A stretch of DNA of 64,000 nucleotides, from assembly GCA_036785375.1 (NCBI GenBank), contig JAWMAR010000313.1, forward strand, positions 992,001-1,056,000. The letters are read 5' to 3'. This stretch comes from Leucoraja ocellata (taxonomy: Eukaryota). This document shows positions 11,933 to 26,100 of the stretch, one piece after another. A model generated the notes under the pieces. The model saw only the letters and a list, made by a program, of their open reading frames with translations. It ran no database searches and was not told the DNA's origin. Position 1 is the first letter of the stretch; the number at the start of each line of letters is the position of its first letter. Made by a program: the position numbers and the translations under genes.

Positions 11933-12137
11933 AGAGACTACTAGATAGTGTACACAAAAATGCTGGAGAAACTCAGCGGGTGCAGCAGCATCTACGGAGC
12001 GAAGGAAATAGGCAACGTTTCGGGCCGAAACGTTGCCTATTTCCTTCGCTCCATAGATGCTGCTGCACCCGCTGAGTTTCAACAGCATTTTTGTGTACCT
12101 TCGATTTTCCAGCATCTGCAGTTCCTTCTTAAACACC
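11933..12137 (+). mobile_element. Penelope-derived fold-back mini-element
   Basis: About 73-bp arms (about 11951-12097) centred at 12024. Confidence 0.75.
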
Positions 12138-12523
12138 ACTAGATAGTGTGTTTAGTACTCCAGGTATCCAACCCTATATAAAAATCTGCATTCTATTAAG
12201 CTCTTCGCTCCTTTTTTTAAATCTCTTTTTGTAATTTAACACTCCATCTGTACAGGTTGCAATATTCCTGCCTTTAAAATGTGGATTTGTATCTTTGTCA
12301 TCATCTAAGTTGTTTATTGTGAATAGTTTGATGCCCTTGCATATCTTTACAAGTAGAGATCTTTCCTGTCCATCATCCATACACTTTGGCTCCCATTGCA
12401 CTGTCAACTTACCAATCATTGGCCTTTAGTTCTGTAACGTATACTTTAGAATCTTATAGCTCTTAAATTTCACTTGATAAGTATAAGTATATAAAATATA
12501 ATTTCTTGCTCCCCTACGCCTAG

Positions 12524-12714
12524 GTGACCAAATCGTAAGTGCAACTATTTACTTTGATGAAATGGGGTATGATGAAGCACAGAAAATTCTACAGACAGTG
12601 GATCGACACACAGTGGGACTGAAGTTACATCGGAAAGGAGAAAGGCTTTCTCCCGGGGGAAATTACTCCTGGGACCCAGATCGATTTGGGGCCACGAGTC
12701 CAGATGCTGTATTG
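12524..12714 (+). CDS. AHNAK: AHNAK coding exon 2 (PDZ domain C-half)
   Basis: cctag|GT GAC CAA: (G)DQIVSATIYFDEMGYDEAQKILQTVDRHTVGLKLHRKGERLSPGGNYSWDPDRFGATSPDAVL|gtatgt. 191 nt; matches human GDQIVGATIYFD..HTVGLKLHRKG. Confidence 0.93.
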
Positions 12715-12779
12715 GTATGTATTGTGCAGGATTAAGTAAAGTCATGTAAATGGCAACTTTTGCTTTATGGTTTGCAATT

Positions 12780-12977
12780 GTGAATTTGTGGAATTCCCTG
12801 CCACAGAGGGCAGTGGAGTGGATTTAAGAGAGAGTGAGATTGAGCTCTAGGGGCTAGTGGAGTCAAGGGATATGGGGAGAAGGCAGGCACGGGTTATTGA
12901 TAGGGGACGATCAGCCATGATCACAATGAATGGCGGTGCTGGCTCGAAGGGCCTGCACCTATTTTCTATGTTTCTAT
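12780..12977 (+). mobile_element. CR1 LINE 3' end (diverged)
   Basis: GTGAATTTGTGGAATTCCCTGCCACAGAGG...(tttctatg) tail. Confidence 0.65.
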
Positions 12978-13297
12978 ATTACTGGCTGATGCTAACTTCC
13001 TGTTGCAGAAATGCTTCAAAGTACAATGAATCTGAAATATTCCCAAACCTCAGCAGTTTGCATTGCAGAAGGCAAAAATGGCCACTGTTCATATTGCTAT
13101 GTGAAATGCGCAACGTTGCATGGCAACTTGATTGGGCTTGGCTACGATGGCATCCACACTTGGATAGCAAAAGCTGCAAATGTAACCACTTATCAGGTTA
13201 GGCAGCATTTTTGGAGAATGATTGACCTAAAATGCTACTTAGTCTCTCTTCCCAAATGTTGACTAATCTGCTAGGTATTTACAGCATTGTCCTAGAA

Positions 13298-13520
13298 TTT
13301 AGTTTAGTTTAGAGACACAGCGGGAAACAGGCCGTTCGGCCCACTGTGTCAGCGCCAACCAGCGATTACCGCACACTAACATTATCCTAGGGACAGTTTT
13401 CAATGATACCAAGCCAATTGGCCTACATACCTGTATGTCTCTGGAGTAGGGGAGCAAACCAGAGCTCCCAGAGAAAACCCACGCAGGTTATGGGGGAGAA
13501 CATACACATTCCATACAGCC
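13298..13520 (-). mobile_element. HE1-like V-SINE (5' truncated)
   Basis: (tttag)n tail plus reverse-complement V-domain. Confidence 0.7.
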
Positions 13521-14168
13521 AAGCTCGGAGTAGTCCGCTTAGCTGACAGACATGATTAATTGGTCCCTTGTGTCAGATAACAGATGATCACCAAGATAAT
13601 GCAGCCACTCCTCAAAAGGAGAAGGGAAGAAAAGCTGTGAGAAAAATGATAGATGGAACAGAAAGTGCATTAAACAGCTAAAATCATCCTAAATGTTCCC
13701 ATGAACTTCACCTTAAACGCATACCCTCTGGCTTTCGATTCTCCCACTCTGGGCAAGAGGCTGAATATTGGTGTCGTTCAATATTTTAACATGCGCAGAG
13801 AGGTAGCAAGAAACGGGGTGCTAAAGAAGAGTTTGTGTGAGACACTTCCCCAAAGGTTCTTCTCCAAAGCATGGAAGGCTCCTTTAGAATGGGAGATGGG
13901 GAAGATTCAGTTGAAATTGGGCACCAAACACAATAGGACACAGGATGTTGGAGAGAGTGAATCTAGACTGTTTACCAAAGATGATAATTCAACTTGGTCC
14001 TATCCTTAAAAAACATCAGCATCCTGAATTTCATTTCTTACAATCATACTGTGTGAAATAGGCTTGCTCAGCGCAGGCTGAATGGAGGACTTTTCTGGCC
14101 TGCAGGGATTTTGTTAATTATTCAAAGACACAGAGCTGGGTATGATACAGATTTTTTATTTCCTCTAG

Positions 14169-17100
14169 AGTGGAGATGATGAAGACTATCAGAGGATTTT
14201 CAGAAAGAAAATCAAGCCTCGTCTGAAGTCAGAAGATGGTATAGAGGCACCAGATCAAGATGACATGTCTTCCAGTGTACGTATCACCAGAAAGGTCATT
14301 ACACGCACAGTTCATGTGACTAATCCCACAGCTATGACAGATGTAGACATCCACAGTCCAGAATTTAAAATAAAAGTCCCACGGCATGAGCAAGTCAGTA
14401 TTGAAGGATCAGGACCAAGGCTGGAATCATCAGAGATGGATATGGATGTTAATCTCGCGGGCGCGGAAGGTTTAAAATTTCAAATGGGAGATGGTCAACG
14501 GACAACACACACCATGCACATTGTAAAAACAAAAGTTGTAGAGGTGACTGGACCTGATACAGAACATGGCCAAACTACTTTCCACATGCCGCAGATCAAC
14601 TTGGCAGGTGGAACAGTGCAAACATCCAACCTTGATGTCAAATTTGCAAACACAGACATGGGTAGGTCTGCACCAAATGTTGATGTCAGTCTCCCAAAGA
14701 CGAGTATTGGCTTTTCAGACCCAAACGTTACAACAGGTATGCAAGTGGCTGCCATTGATACAACAATAATGAAACAAAATGTTCATACTGAAGATTCAGA
14801 TGGAAAAATCAGCATGCATTCAATCAAGATGCCAGCGTGTACTATTTCTGAAATGCACGTTGAAAGCAAATTCCCAGAAGGCGATATTAAAGCAACTGGA
14901 ACCAAGATCAAAGGTAATGTTGAAATGCATGATACAGATCTGGCTTCTGGTAAAATCAGAAAACCACAATATAAGATTTCAGGAGTCAATGTTTCAGAAT
15001 CAAAATATCATATCTCTTATCCAGATCTGGAAATCGAACATACAAAAGTGACAGAAGAACTTGACGCCCCAAAGATCACTTTTGAGCGTGACATTAAAGT
15101 TCCAAATGTGAATATTAAAGGCACCAAAGTTGAGACAACTGCAATGAAACAAAGTGGCCTCAAGTTTGAAGCGCCATCTACACATTTTCCCAAGCAACAG
15201 GCTCCAGACTTTGATTTGAATCTCAAGGGCCCAAAGGTGAAAGGAGAACATTGCATTCAAATGCCTTCTGCAAATACAGAGGTGAGGATCAAAGGTCCTA
15301 AGGTGGATGTGGATATGCCAGAGGCTGAGATTGAAGGGCGCAGTGCAATGTTCAATTTGCCAAGATTCAAAACACACAAATTCCAAACTAGTGGGTTGAA
15401 GCTGGAAGGTCAAGATGTGAACATTGATGCCAATCCTCCCGAGGTAGATGTTAACCTATCAGGACCCTCGTTGAAAGGAGAAGCACAAATGCCAAATGTC
15501 AATATTGAGGGAACCGGTAAAATATCGGGAGCAAAATTTGGTATGCCAGGATTCAATGTCTTAGCACCTAAAACAGGAATGGCCGATTATAATCTGGACT
15601 TTAAAGGTCCAAAAGTGGAAGGAGATATTGCCGTTCCTGATGTAAATCTGAAAGGTGACATTAAGGGCCCAAAAGTAGATTTTAAAGGCCCCAAAGTTCA
15701 AATTGAGGAAACTGATATAAAAGGAAGTGGAGCCCAGTTTTCAATGCCACATATGAACTTGCCCAAGGTTCAGGCTCCTGAAATTGATTTGAATTTCAGA
15801 GGCCCAAAACTGGAAGGGGATCATGGTATTGGTGTACCTTCGGGAAAGGTGGAGAAAGAGCTCAAAGGACCTCAGGTAGATCTTGATGTGGGCGTATCAG
15901 GAGCAGGAGGTACAAAGTTTGGCCTGCCAAAACATAAACTGCCCAAATTCCACATGGATGGGTCCAAAGTGGAAGTTCCAGTTGTCCACATGGGTGGGAA
16001 CATTCGTGGCGCTGATGTTAAACTCTCTGGATCAAAGCTAGGAGGGGATGTTAAAATACCAGATGTAGATGTTGAGGGAACTGGTAAAATAAAGGGCTCA
16101 ACATTGAAAGGGGACTTGGCTTCTGGAAAGGTGGAGGGAGGGATCAAAGCACCTAAGGTTCATGTTGACATGGATGTGCCAAGCGGTGATGTTGGAGGTG
16201 TCAGTGGAAACATGCGCGTGCCAAAATTTAAATTGCCCAAATTCCAAATGAGTGGGTCTAAAGTGGAATGTTCAGATTTGGACTTTGATGTGGATATTCC
16301 AAGTGGCGACATTAAACTATCTGGACCCAAGCTAGAAAGAGATGTTGAAATGCCTGATGTAGATGTAGATGTTGAGGGAGCTGTTAAAATCACAGACCCT
16401 AAATTCAGCATGCCAGGATTTAATCTGTCAGCACCCACGATAGGAATGCCTGATGTTAATCTGGACCTCAAAGGAACAAAAATAGGCCAAATCGAAGTCC
16501 CCGATGTCAAATTAAAACGTGATATCAAGGGCCCAAATCTCGATATTAAAGGTCCCAACGTTAATATCGAGACACCTGACTTAAAGGGAAGAGGAGTTAA
16601 GTTTTCACTGCCATCGATGCATTTGCCCAAGATAGAGGCACCAGACATTAACTTGAATTCCAGAGGTTCAAAACTGAAAGGAGACTATGGTGTTGACATG
16701 CCTTCTGGAAAGTTCGAGGGAGAGATCAAAGGACCTAAAGTTGATGTTGATGTGGATATGCCACAAGTTGATGTTGAAGGAGATGGTGGAAAGTTCAGCT
16801 TGCCAAAGTTTAAATTGCCCAAATTCCACATGGGTGGTTCAAAAGGAGGTCCAGATGTGGGAGTTGACATGAATCTTCCTGAGGCCGATGTTAAACTATC
16901 TGGACCTAAGATAGAAGGAGATGTTAAAATGCCCGATGTAGATGTAGATGTTGAGGGTGCAGGGAAATTCAAAGGCCCAACATTCAAAACCCCAGGATTC
17001 GATGTCTCAGCACCCAAGATACGAATGCCTGATGTGGACCTCAGAGGTCCAAAAATGAGAGGAAATTATGACGTGGATTTGCCGTCTGGAAAGGTGGAGG

Positions 17101-20100
17101 GCAAGATCAAAGGACCCAAGGTTGATGTGGATGTGCCAGGGGGTGATGTGGAAGGAGGCGGTGGAGGATTCAGCGTGCCAAAATTTAAATTGCCCAAATT
17201 CAGAATGGGTGGGTCTAAAGTGGAGGGCCCAGATATGGACATTGATGCAAATATTCCTAGTGGTGACATTAAACTATCTGGACCCAAGCTGGAAGGCGAT
17301 GTCGAAATGCCTGATGTAGATGTAGATGTTGAGGGAGCTGGTAAAATCAAGGGATCTAAATTCCACATGCCAAAATTCAATCTCTCAGCACCCAAAATAG
17401 GAATGCCTGATTTCAATCTGGGCGCCAAAGGTCCAAAAGTGGAAGGAGATGTTGGTATTCCTGATGTTAACCTGGAAGGTGACATTAAGGGTCCGAATGT
17501 CGACATTAAAGGCCCCAGGGTTGATATTGAGACACCAGATGTAAATGGAAGCAAGGGCAAGTTTTCAATGCCATCCATCCATATGCCTAAGTTTCATGCA
17601 CCAGATATTGATTTGAATTTCAAAAGTCCAAAAGTAAAAGGTGACTATGATGTTGAAATGCCTTCTGGAAAGTTCGAGGGAGAGATCAAAGCACCTAAGG
17701 TTGACGTTGACATGGATGTGCCAGGGGGTGATGTTGAAGGAGTCGGTGGAAAGTTCAGCTTACCAAAATTTAAAAAGCCTAAATTCCACATGGGTGGATC
17801 TAAAGTAGAAGTTCCAGATGTGGACATTGATGCAAACATTCCTGAGGCTGACGTTAAACTAGCAGGACCTAAGATACAAGGAGGTGTTGAAATGCCTGAT
17901 GTAGATCTAGACATTGAGGGTGGCAGTAAAATTAAGGGACCTAAAATCCATATGCCAAAATTCAATCTCTCAGCACCCAAAATAGGAATGCCTGATTTCA
18001 ATCTGGGCGCCAAAGGTCCAAAACTGGAGGGTGATGTTGGTATTCCTGATGTTAACCTGGAAGGTGACATTAAGGGTCCAAGTGTTGACATTAAAGGCCC
18101 CAGAGTTGATATTGAGACACCAGATGTAAAAGGAAGTGGATTCAAGATGTCAATGCCTTCCATCCACATGCCTAAGTTTCATGCACCAGACCTTGATTTG
18201 AATTTCAAAGGTCCAAATCTAAAAGGAGACTATGATGTTGAAATGCCTTCTGGAAAGGTGGAGGGTGAATTCAAAGGACCTAAGGTTGATGTTGATGTGG
18301 ATGTGCCACAAGTTGATGTTGAAGGAGATGGTGGAAAGTTCAGCTTGCCAAAGTTTAAATTGCCCAAATTCCACATGGGTGGTTCAAAAGGAGGTCCAGA
18401 TGTGGGAGTTAATATGAATCTTCCTGAGGCCGATGTTAAACTATCTGGACCTAAGATAGAAGGAGGTGTTAAAATGCCCGATGTAGATGTTGAGGGTGCA
18501 GGGAAATTCAAAGGCCCATCATTCAAAACGCCAGGATTCGATGTCTCAGCACCCAAGATACGAATGCCTGATGTGGACCTCAGAGGTCCAAAAATGGGAG
18601 GAAATTATGACGTGGATTTGCCGTCTGGAAAGGTGGAGGGCAAGATCAAAGGACCCAATGTTGATGTGGATGTGCCAGGGGGTGATGTGGAAGGAGGCGG
18701 TGGAGGATTCAGTATGCCAAAATTTAAATTGCCCAAATTCCGAATGGGTGGGTCTAAAGTGGAGGGCCCAGATATGGACATTGATGCAAATATTCCTAGT
18801 GGTGACATTAAACTATCTGGACCCAAGCTGGAAGGCGATGTCGAAATGCCTGATGTAGATGTAGATGTTGAGGGAGCTGGTAAAATCAAGGGATCTAAAT
18901 TCCACATGCCAAAATTCAATGTCTCAGCACCCAAAATAGGAATGCCTGATTTCAATCTGGGCGCCAAAGGTCCAAAAGTGGAAGGAGATGTTGGTATTCC
19001 TGATGTTAACCTGGAAGGTGACATTAAGGGTCCGAATATTGACATAAAAGGCCCCAGAGTTGATATTGAGACACCAGATGTAAATGGAAGCAGGGGCAAG
19101 ATTTCAATGCCATCCATTCACATGCCTAAGTTTCATGCACCAGATATTGATTTGAATTTCAAAAGTCCAAAACTAAAAGGAGACTATGATGTTGACATGC
19201 CTTCTGGAAAGTTCGAGGGAGAGATCAAAGGACCTAAGGTTGATGTTGATGTGGATGTGCCACAAGTTGATGTTGAAGGAGATGGTGGAAAGTTCAGCTT
19301 GCCAAAGTTTAAATTGCCCAAATTCCACATGGGTGGTTCAAAAGGAGGTCCAGACGTGGGAGTTGACATGAATCTTCCTGAGGCCGATGTTAAACTATCT
19401 GGACCTAAGATAGAAGGAGATGTTAAAATGCCAGATGTAAATGTAGATGTTGAGGGTGCAGGGAAATTCAAAGGCCCAACATTCAAAACGCCAGGATTCG
19501 ATGTCTCAGCACCCAAGATACGAATGCCTGATGTGGACCTCAGAGGTCCAAAAATGGGAGGAAATTATGATGTGGATTTGCCATCTGGAAAGATGGAAGG
19601 CAAGATCAAAGGACCCAAGGTTGATGTGGATGTGCCAGGGGTTGATGTGGAAGGAGGCGGTGGAGGATTCAGCATGCCAAAATTTAAAATGCCCAAATTC
19701 CGAATGGGTGGGTCTAAAGTGGAGGGCCCAGATATGGACATTGATGCAAATATTCCTAGTGGTGACATTAAACTATCTGGACCCAAGCTGGAAGGCGATG
19801 TCGAAATGCCTGATGTAGATGTAGATGTTGAGGGAGCTGGTAAAATCAAGGGATCTAAATTCCACATGCCAAAATTCAATCTCTCAGCACCCAAAATAGG
19901 AATGCCTGATTTCAATCTGGGCGTCAAAGGTCCAAACGTGGAAGGAGATGTTGGTATTCCTGATGTTAACCTGGAAGGTGACATTAAGGGTCCGAATGTC
20001 GACATTAAAGGCCCCAGAGTTGATATTGAGACACCAGATGTAAATGGAAGCAAGGGCAAGTTTTCAATGCCATCCATCCATATGCCTAAGTTTCATGCAC

Positions 20101-23100
20101 CAGATATTGATTTGAATTTCAAAAGTCCAAAAGTAAAAGGAGACTATGATGTTGAAATGCCTTCTGGAAAGTTCGAGGGAGAGATCAAAGCACCTAAGGT
20201 TGATGTTGACATGGATGTGCCAGGGGGTGATGTGGAAGGAGGCGGTGGAGGATTCAGCATGCCAAAATTTAAAATGCCCAAATTCAGAATGGGTGGGTCT
20301 AAAGTGGAGGGCCCAGATATGGATATTGATGCAAATATTCCTGAGGCTGACGTTAAACTATCAGGACCTAAGATACAAGGAGGTGTTGAAATGCCTGATG
20401 TAGATCTAGACATTGAGGGTGGCAGTAAAGGCAAGGGATCTAAATTCCACATGCCAAAATTCAATCTCTCAGCACCCAAAATAGGAATGCCTGATTTCAA
20501 TCTGGGCGCCAAAGGTCCAAAAGTGGAAGGAGATGTTGGTATTCCTGATGTTAACCTGGAAGGTGACATTAAGGGTCCGAATGTCGACATAAAAGGCCCC
20601 AGAGTTGATATTGAGACACCAGATGTAAAAGGAAGTGGATTCAAGATGTCAATGCCTTCCATCCATTTGCCCAAGTTTCATGCACCAGACCTTGATTTGA
20701 ATTTCAAAGGTCCAAATCTAAAAGGAGACTATGATGTTGACATGCCTTCTGGAAAGGTGGAGGGTGAATTCAAAGGACCTAAGGTTGATGTGGATGTGGA
20801 TGTGCCACAAGTTGATGTTGAAGGAGATGGTGGAAAGTTCAACTTGCCAAAGTTTAAATTGCCCAAATTCCACATGGGTGGTTCAAAAGGAGGTCCAGAT
20901 GTGGGAGTTGACATGAATCTTCCTGACGCCGATGTTAAACTATCTGGACCTAAGATCGAAGGAGGTGTTAAAATGCCAGATGTAGATGTAGATGTTGAGG
21001 GTGCAGGGAAATTGAAAGGACCGTCATTCAAAATGCCAGGATTCGATGTCTCAGCACCCAAGATACGAATGCCTGATGTGGACCTCAGAGGTCCAAAAAT
21101 GGGAGGAAATTATGACGTGGATTTGCCATCTGGAAAGGTGGAAGGCAAGATCAAAGGACCCAAGGTTGATGTGGATGTGCCAGGGGTTGATGTGGAAGGA
21201 GGCGGTGGAGGATTCAGCATGCCAAAATTTAAAATGCCCAAATTCCGAATGGGTGGGTCTAAAGTGGAGGGCCCAGATATGGACATTGATGCAAATATTC
21301 CTAGTGGTGACATTAAACTATCTGGACCCAAGCTGGAAGGCGATGTCGAAATGCCTGATGTAGATGTAGATGTTGAGGGAGCTGGTAAAATCAAGGGATC
21401 TAAATTCCACATGCCAAAATTCAATCTCTCAGCACCCAAAATAGGAATGCCTGATTTCAATCTGGGCGTCAAAGGTCCAAAAGTGGAAGGAGATGTTGGT
21501 ATTCCTGATGTTAACCTGGAAGGTGACATTAAGGGTCCGAATGTCGACATTAAAGGCCCCAGAGTTGATATTGAGACACCAGATGTAAATGGAAGCAAGG
21601 GCAAGTTTTCAATGCCATCCATCCACATGCCTAAGTTTCATGCACCAGATATTGATTTGAATTTCAAAAGTCCAAAAGTAAAAGGTGACTATGATGTTGA
21701 AATGCCTTCTGGAAAGTTCGAGGGAGAGATCAAAGGACCTAAGGTTGATGTTGACATGGATGTGCCAGGGGGTGATGTGGAAGGAGGCGGTGGAGGATTC
21801 AGCATGCCAAAATTTAAAATGCCCAAATTCAGAATGGGTGGGTCTAAAGTGGAAGTTCCAGATGTGGACATTGATGCAAACATTCCTGAGGCTGACGTTA
21901 AACTATCAGGACCTAAGATACAAGGAGGTGTTGAAATGCCTGATGTAGATCTAGACATTGAGGGTGGCAGTAAAGGCAAGGGATCTAAATTCCACATGCC
22001 AAAATTCAATCTCTCAGCACCCAAAATAGGAATGCCTGATTTCAATCTGGGCGCCAAAGGTCCAAAAGTGGAAGGAGATGTTGGTATTCCTGATGTTAAC
22101 CTGGAAGGTGACATTAAGGGTCCGAATGTCGACATTAAAGGTCCCAAAGTTGATATTGAGACACCAGATGTAAAAGGAAGTGGATTCAAGATGTCAATGC
22201 CTTCCATCCATTTGCCCAAGTTTCATGCACCAGACCTTGATTTGAATTTCAAAGGTCCAAATCTAAAAGGAGACTATGATGTTGACATGCCTTCTGGAAA
22301 GGTGGAGGGTGAATTCAAAGGACCTAAGGTTGATGTGGATGTGGATATGCCACAAGTTGATGTTGAAGGAGATGGTGGAAAGTTCAACTTGCCAAAGTTT
22401 AAATTGCCCAAATTCCACATGGGTGGTTCAAAAGGAGGTCCAGATGTGGGAGTTGACATGAATCTTCCTGAGGCCGATGTTAAACTATCTGGACCTAAGA
22501 TCGAAGGAGGTGTTAAAATGCCAGATGTAGATGTAGATGTTGAGGGTGCAGGGAAATTCAAAGGCCCATCATTCAAAATGCCAGGATTCGATGTCTCAGC
22601 ACCCAAGATACGAATGCCTGATGTGGACCTCAGAGGTCCAAAAATGGGAGGAAATTATGACGTGGATTTGCCATCTGGAAAGATGGAAGGCAAGATCAAA
22701 GGACCCAATGTTGATGTGGATGTGCCAGGGGGTGATGTGGAAGGAGGCGGTGGAGGATTCAGCATGCCAAAATTTAAAATGCCCAAATTCCGAATGGGTG
22801 GGTCTAAAGTGGAGGGCCCAGATATGGACATTGATGCAAATATTCCTAGTGGTGACATTAAACTATCTGGACCCAAGCTGGAAGGCGATGTCGAAATGCC
22901 TGATGTAGATGTAGATGTTGAGGGAGCTGGTAAAATCAAGGGATCTAAATTCCACATGCCAAAATTCAATCTCTCAGCACCCAAAATAGGAATGCCTGAT
23001 TTCAATCTGGGCGCCAAAGGTCCAAAAGTGGAAGGAGATGTTGGTATTCCTGATGTTAACCTGGAAGGTGACATTAAGGGTCCGAATGTCGACATTAAAG

Positions 23101-26100
23101 GCCCCAGAGTTGATATTGAGACACCAGATGTAAATGGAAGCAAGGGCAAGTTTTCAATGCCATCCATCCACATGCCTAAGTTTCATGCACCAGATATTGA
23201 TTTGAATTTCAAAAGTCCAAAAGTAAAAGGAGACTATGATGTTGAAATGCCTTCTGGAAAGTTCGAGGGAGAGATCAAAGGACCTAAGGTTGATGTTGAC
23301 ATGGATGTGCCAGGGGGTGATGTGGAAGGAGGTGGTGGAGGATTCAGCATGCCAAAATTTAAAATGCCCAAATTCAGAATGGGTGGGTCTAAAGTGGAGG
23401 GCCCAGATATGGATATTGATGCAAATATTCCTGAGGCTGACATTAAACTATCAGGACCTAAGATACAAGGAGGTGTTGAAATGCCTGATGTAGATCTAGA
23501 CATTGAGGGTGGCAGTAAAGGCAAGGGATCTAAATTCCACATGCCAAAATTCAATCTCTCAGCACCCAAAATAGGAATGCCTGATTTCAATCTGGGCGCC
23601 AAAGGTCCAAAAGTGGAAGGAGATGTTGGTATTCCTGATGTTAACCTGGAAGGTGACATTAAGGGTCCGAATGTCGACATAAAAGGCCCCAGAGTTGATA
23701 TTGAGACACCAGATGTAAAAGGAAGTGGATTCAAGATGTCAATGCCTTCCATCCATTTGCCCAAGTTTCATGCACCAGACCTTGATTTGAATTTCAAAGG
23801 TCCAAATCTAAAAGGAGACTATGATGTTGACATGCCTTCTGGAAAGGTGGAGGGTGAATTCAAAGGACCTAAGGTTGATGTGGATGTGGATGTGCCACAA
23901 GTTGATGTTGAAGGAGATGGTGGAAAGTTCAACTTGCCAAAGTTTAAATTGCCCAAATTCCACATGGGTGGTTCAAAAGGAGGTCCAGATGTGGGGGTTG
24001 ACATGAATCTTCCTGACGCCGATGTTAAACTATCTGGACCTAAGATCGAAGGAGGTGTTAAAATGCCAGATGTAGATGTAGATGTTGAGGGTGCAGGGAA
24101 ATTCAAAGGCCCATCATTCAAAATGCCAGGATTCGATGTCTCAGCACCCAAGATACGAATGCCTGATGTGGACCTCAGAGGTCCAAAAATGGGAGGAAAT
24201 TATGACGTGGATTTGCCATCTGGAAAGGTGGAAGGCAAGATCAAAGGACCCAAGGTTGATGTGGATGTGCCAGGGGTTGATGTGGAAGGAGGCGGTGGAG
24301 GATTCAGCATGCCAAAATTTAAAATGCCCAAATTCCGAATGGGTGGGTCTAAAGTGGAGGGCCCAGATATGGACATTGATGCAAATATTCCTAGTGGTGA
24401 CATTAAACTATCTGGACCCAAGCTGGAAGGCGATGTCGAAATGCCTGATGTAGATGTAGATGTTGAGGGAGCTGGTAAAATCAAGGGATCTAAATTCCAC
24501 ATGCCAAAATTCAATCTCTCAGCACCCAAAATAGGAATGCCTGATTTCAATCTGGGCGCCAAAGGTCCAAAAGTGGAAGGAGATGTTGGTATTCCTGATG
24601 TTAACCTGGAAGGTGACATTAAGGGTCCGAATGTCGACATTAAAGGCCCCAGAGTTGATATTGAGACACCAGATGTAAATGGAAGCAAGGGCAAGTTTTC
24701 AATGCCATCCATCCACATGCCTAAATTTCATGCACCAGATATTGATTTGAATTTCAAAAGTCCAAAAGTAAAAGGTGACTATGATGTTGAAATGCCTTCT
24801 GGAAAGTTCGAGGGAGAGATCAAAGCACCTAAGGTTGATGTTGACATGGATGTGCCAGGGGGTGATGTGGAAGGAGGCGGTGGAGGATTCAGCATGCCAA
24901 AATTTAAAATGCCCAAATTCAGAATGGGTGGGTCTAAAGTGGAGGGCCCAGATATCGATATTGATGCAAATATTCCTGAGGCTGACGTTAAACTATCAGG
25001 ACCTAAGATACAAGGAGGTGTTGAAATGCCTGATGTAGATCTAGACATTGAGGGTGGCAGTAAAGGCAAGGGATCTAAATTCCACATGCCAAAATTCAAT
25101 CTCTCAGCACCCAAAATAGGAATGCCTGATTTCAATCTGGGCGCCAAAGGTCCAAAAGTGGAAGGAGATGTTGGTATTCCTGATGTTAACCTGGAAGGTG
25201 ACATTAAGGGTCCGAATGTCGACATTAAAGGTCCCAAAGTTGATATTGAGACACCAGATGTAAAAGGAAGTGGATTCAAGATGTCAATGCCTTCCATCCA
25301 CATGCCCAAGTTTCATGCACCAGACCTTGATTTGAATTTCAAAGGTCCAAATCTAAAAGGAGACTATGATGTTGACATGCCTTCTGGAAAGGTGGAGGGT
25401 GAATTCAAAGGACCTAAGGTCGATGTTGATGTGGATGTGCCACAAGTTGATGTTGAAGGAGATGGTGGAAAGTTCAGCTTGCCAAAGTTTAAATTGCCCA
25501 AATTCCACATGGGTGGTTCAAAAGGAGGTCCAGATGTGGGAGTTGACATGAATCTTCCTGAGGCTGATGTTAAACTATCTGGACCTAAGATCGAAGGAGA
25601 TGTTAAAATGCCCGATGTAGATGTAGATGTTGAGGGTGCAGGGAAATTCAAAGGCCCATCATTCAAAATGCCAGGATTCGATGTCTCAGCACCCAAGATA
25701 CGAATGCCTGATGTGGACCTCAGAGGTCCAAAAATGGGAGGAAATTATGACGTGGATTTGCCATCTGGAAAGGTGGAGGGCAAGATCAAAGGACCCAATG
25801 TTGATGTGGATGTGCCAGGGGGTGACGTGGAAGGAGGCGGTGGAGGATTCAGCATGCCAAAATTTAAAATGCCCAAATTCCGAATGGGTGGGTCTAAAGT
25901 GGAGGGCCCAGATATGGACATTGATGCAAATATTCCTAGTGGTGACATTAAACTATCTGGACCCAAGCTGGAAGGCGATGTCGAAATGCCTGATGTAGAT
26001 CTAGACATTGAGGGTGGCATTAAAGGCAAGGGATCTAAATTCCACATGCCAAAATTCAATCTCTCAGCACCCAAAATAGGAATGCCTGATTTCAATCTGG

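Noticed and set aside
11940-12149. ACTAGATAGTGT repeat as a simple TSD of this insertion
   Set aside because: The same sequence is attached to the 2.6-kb copy, so it is at least partly element-borne and ambiguous as a locus-specific TSD.
14265-14267. ATG of the 7130-aa ORF as the true start of an intronless gene
   Set aside because: The frame extends to the acceptor at 14169 and joins two upstream PDZ exons homologous to the AHNAK N-terminus.
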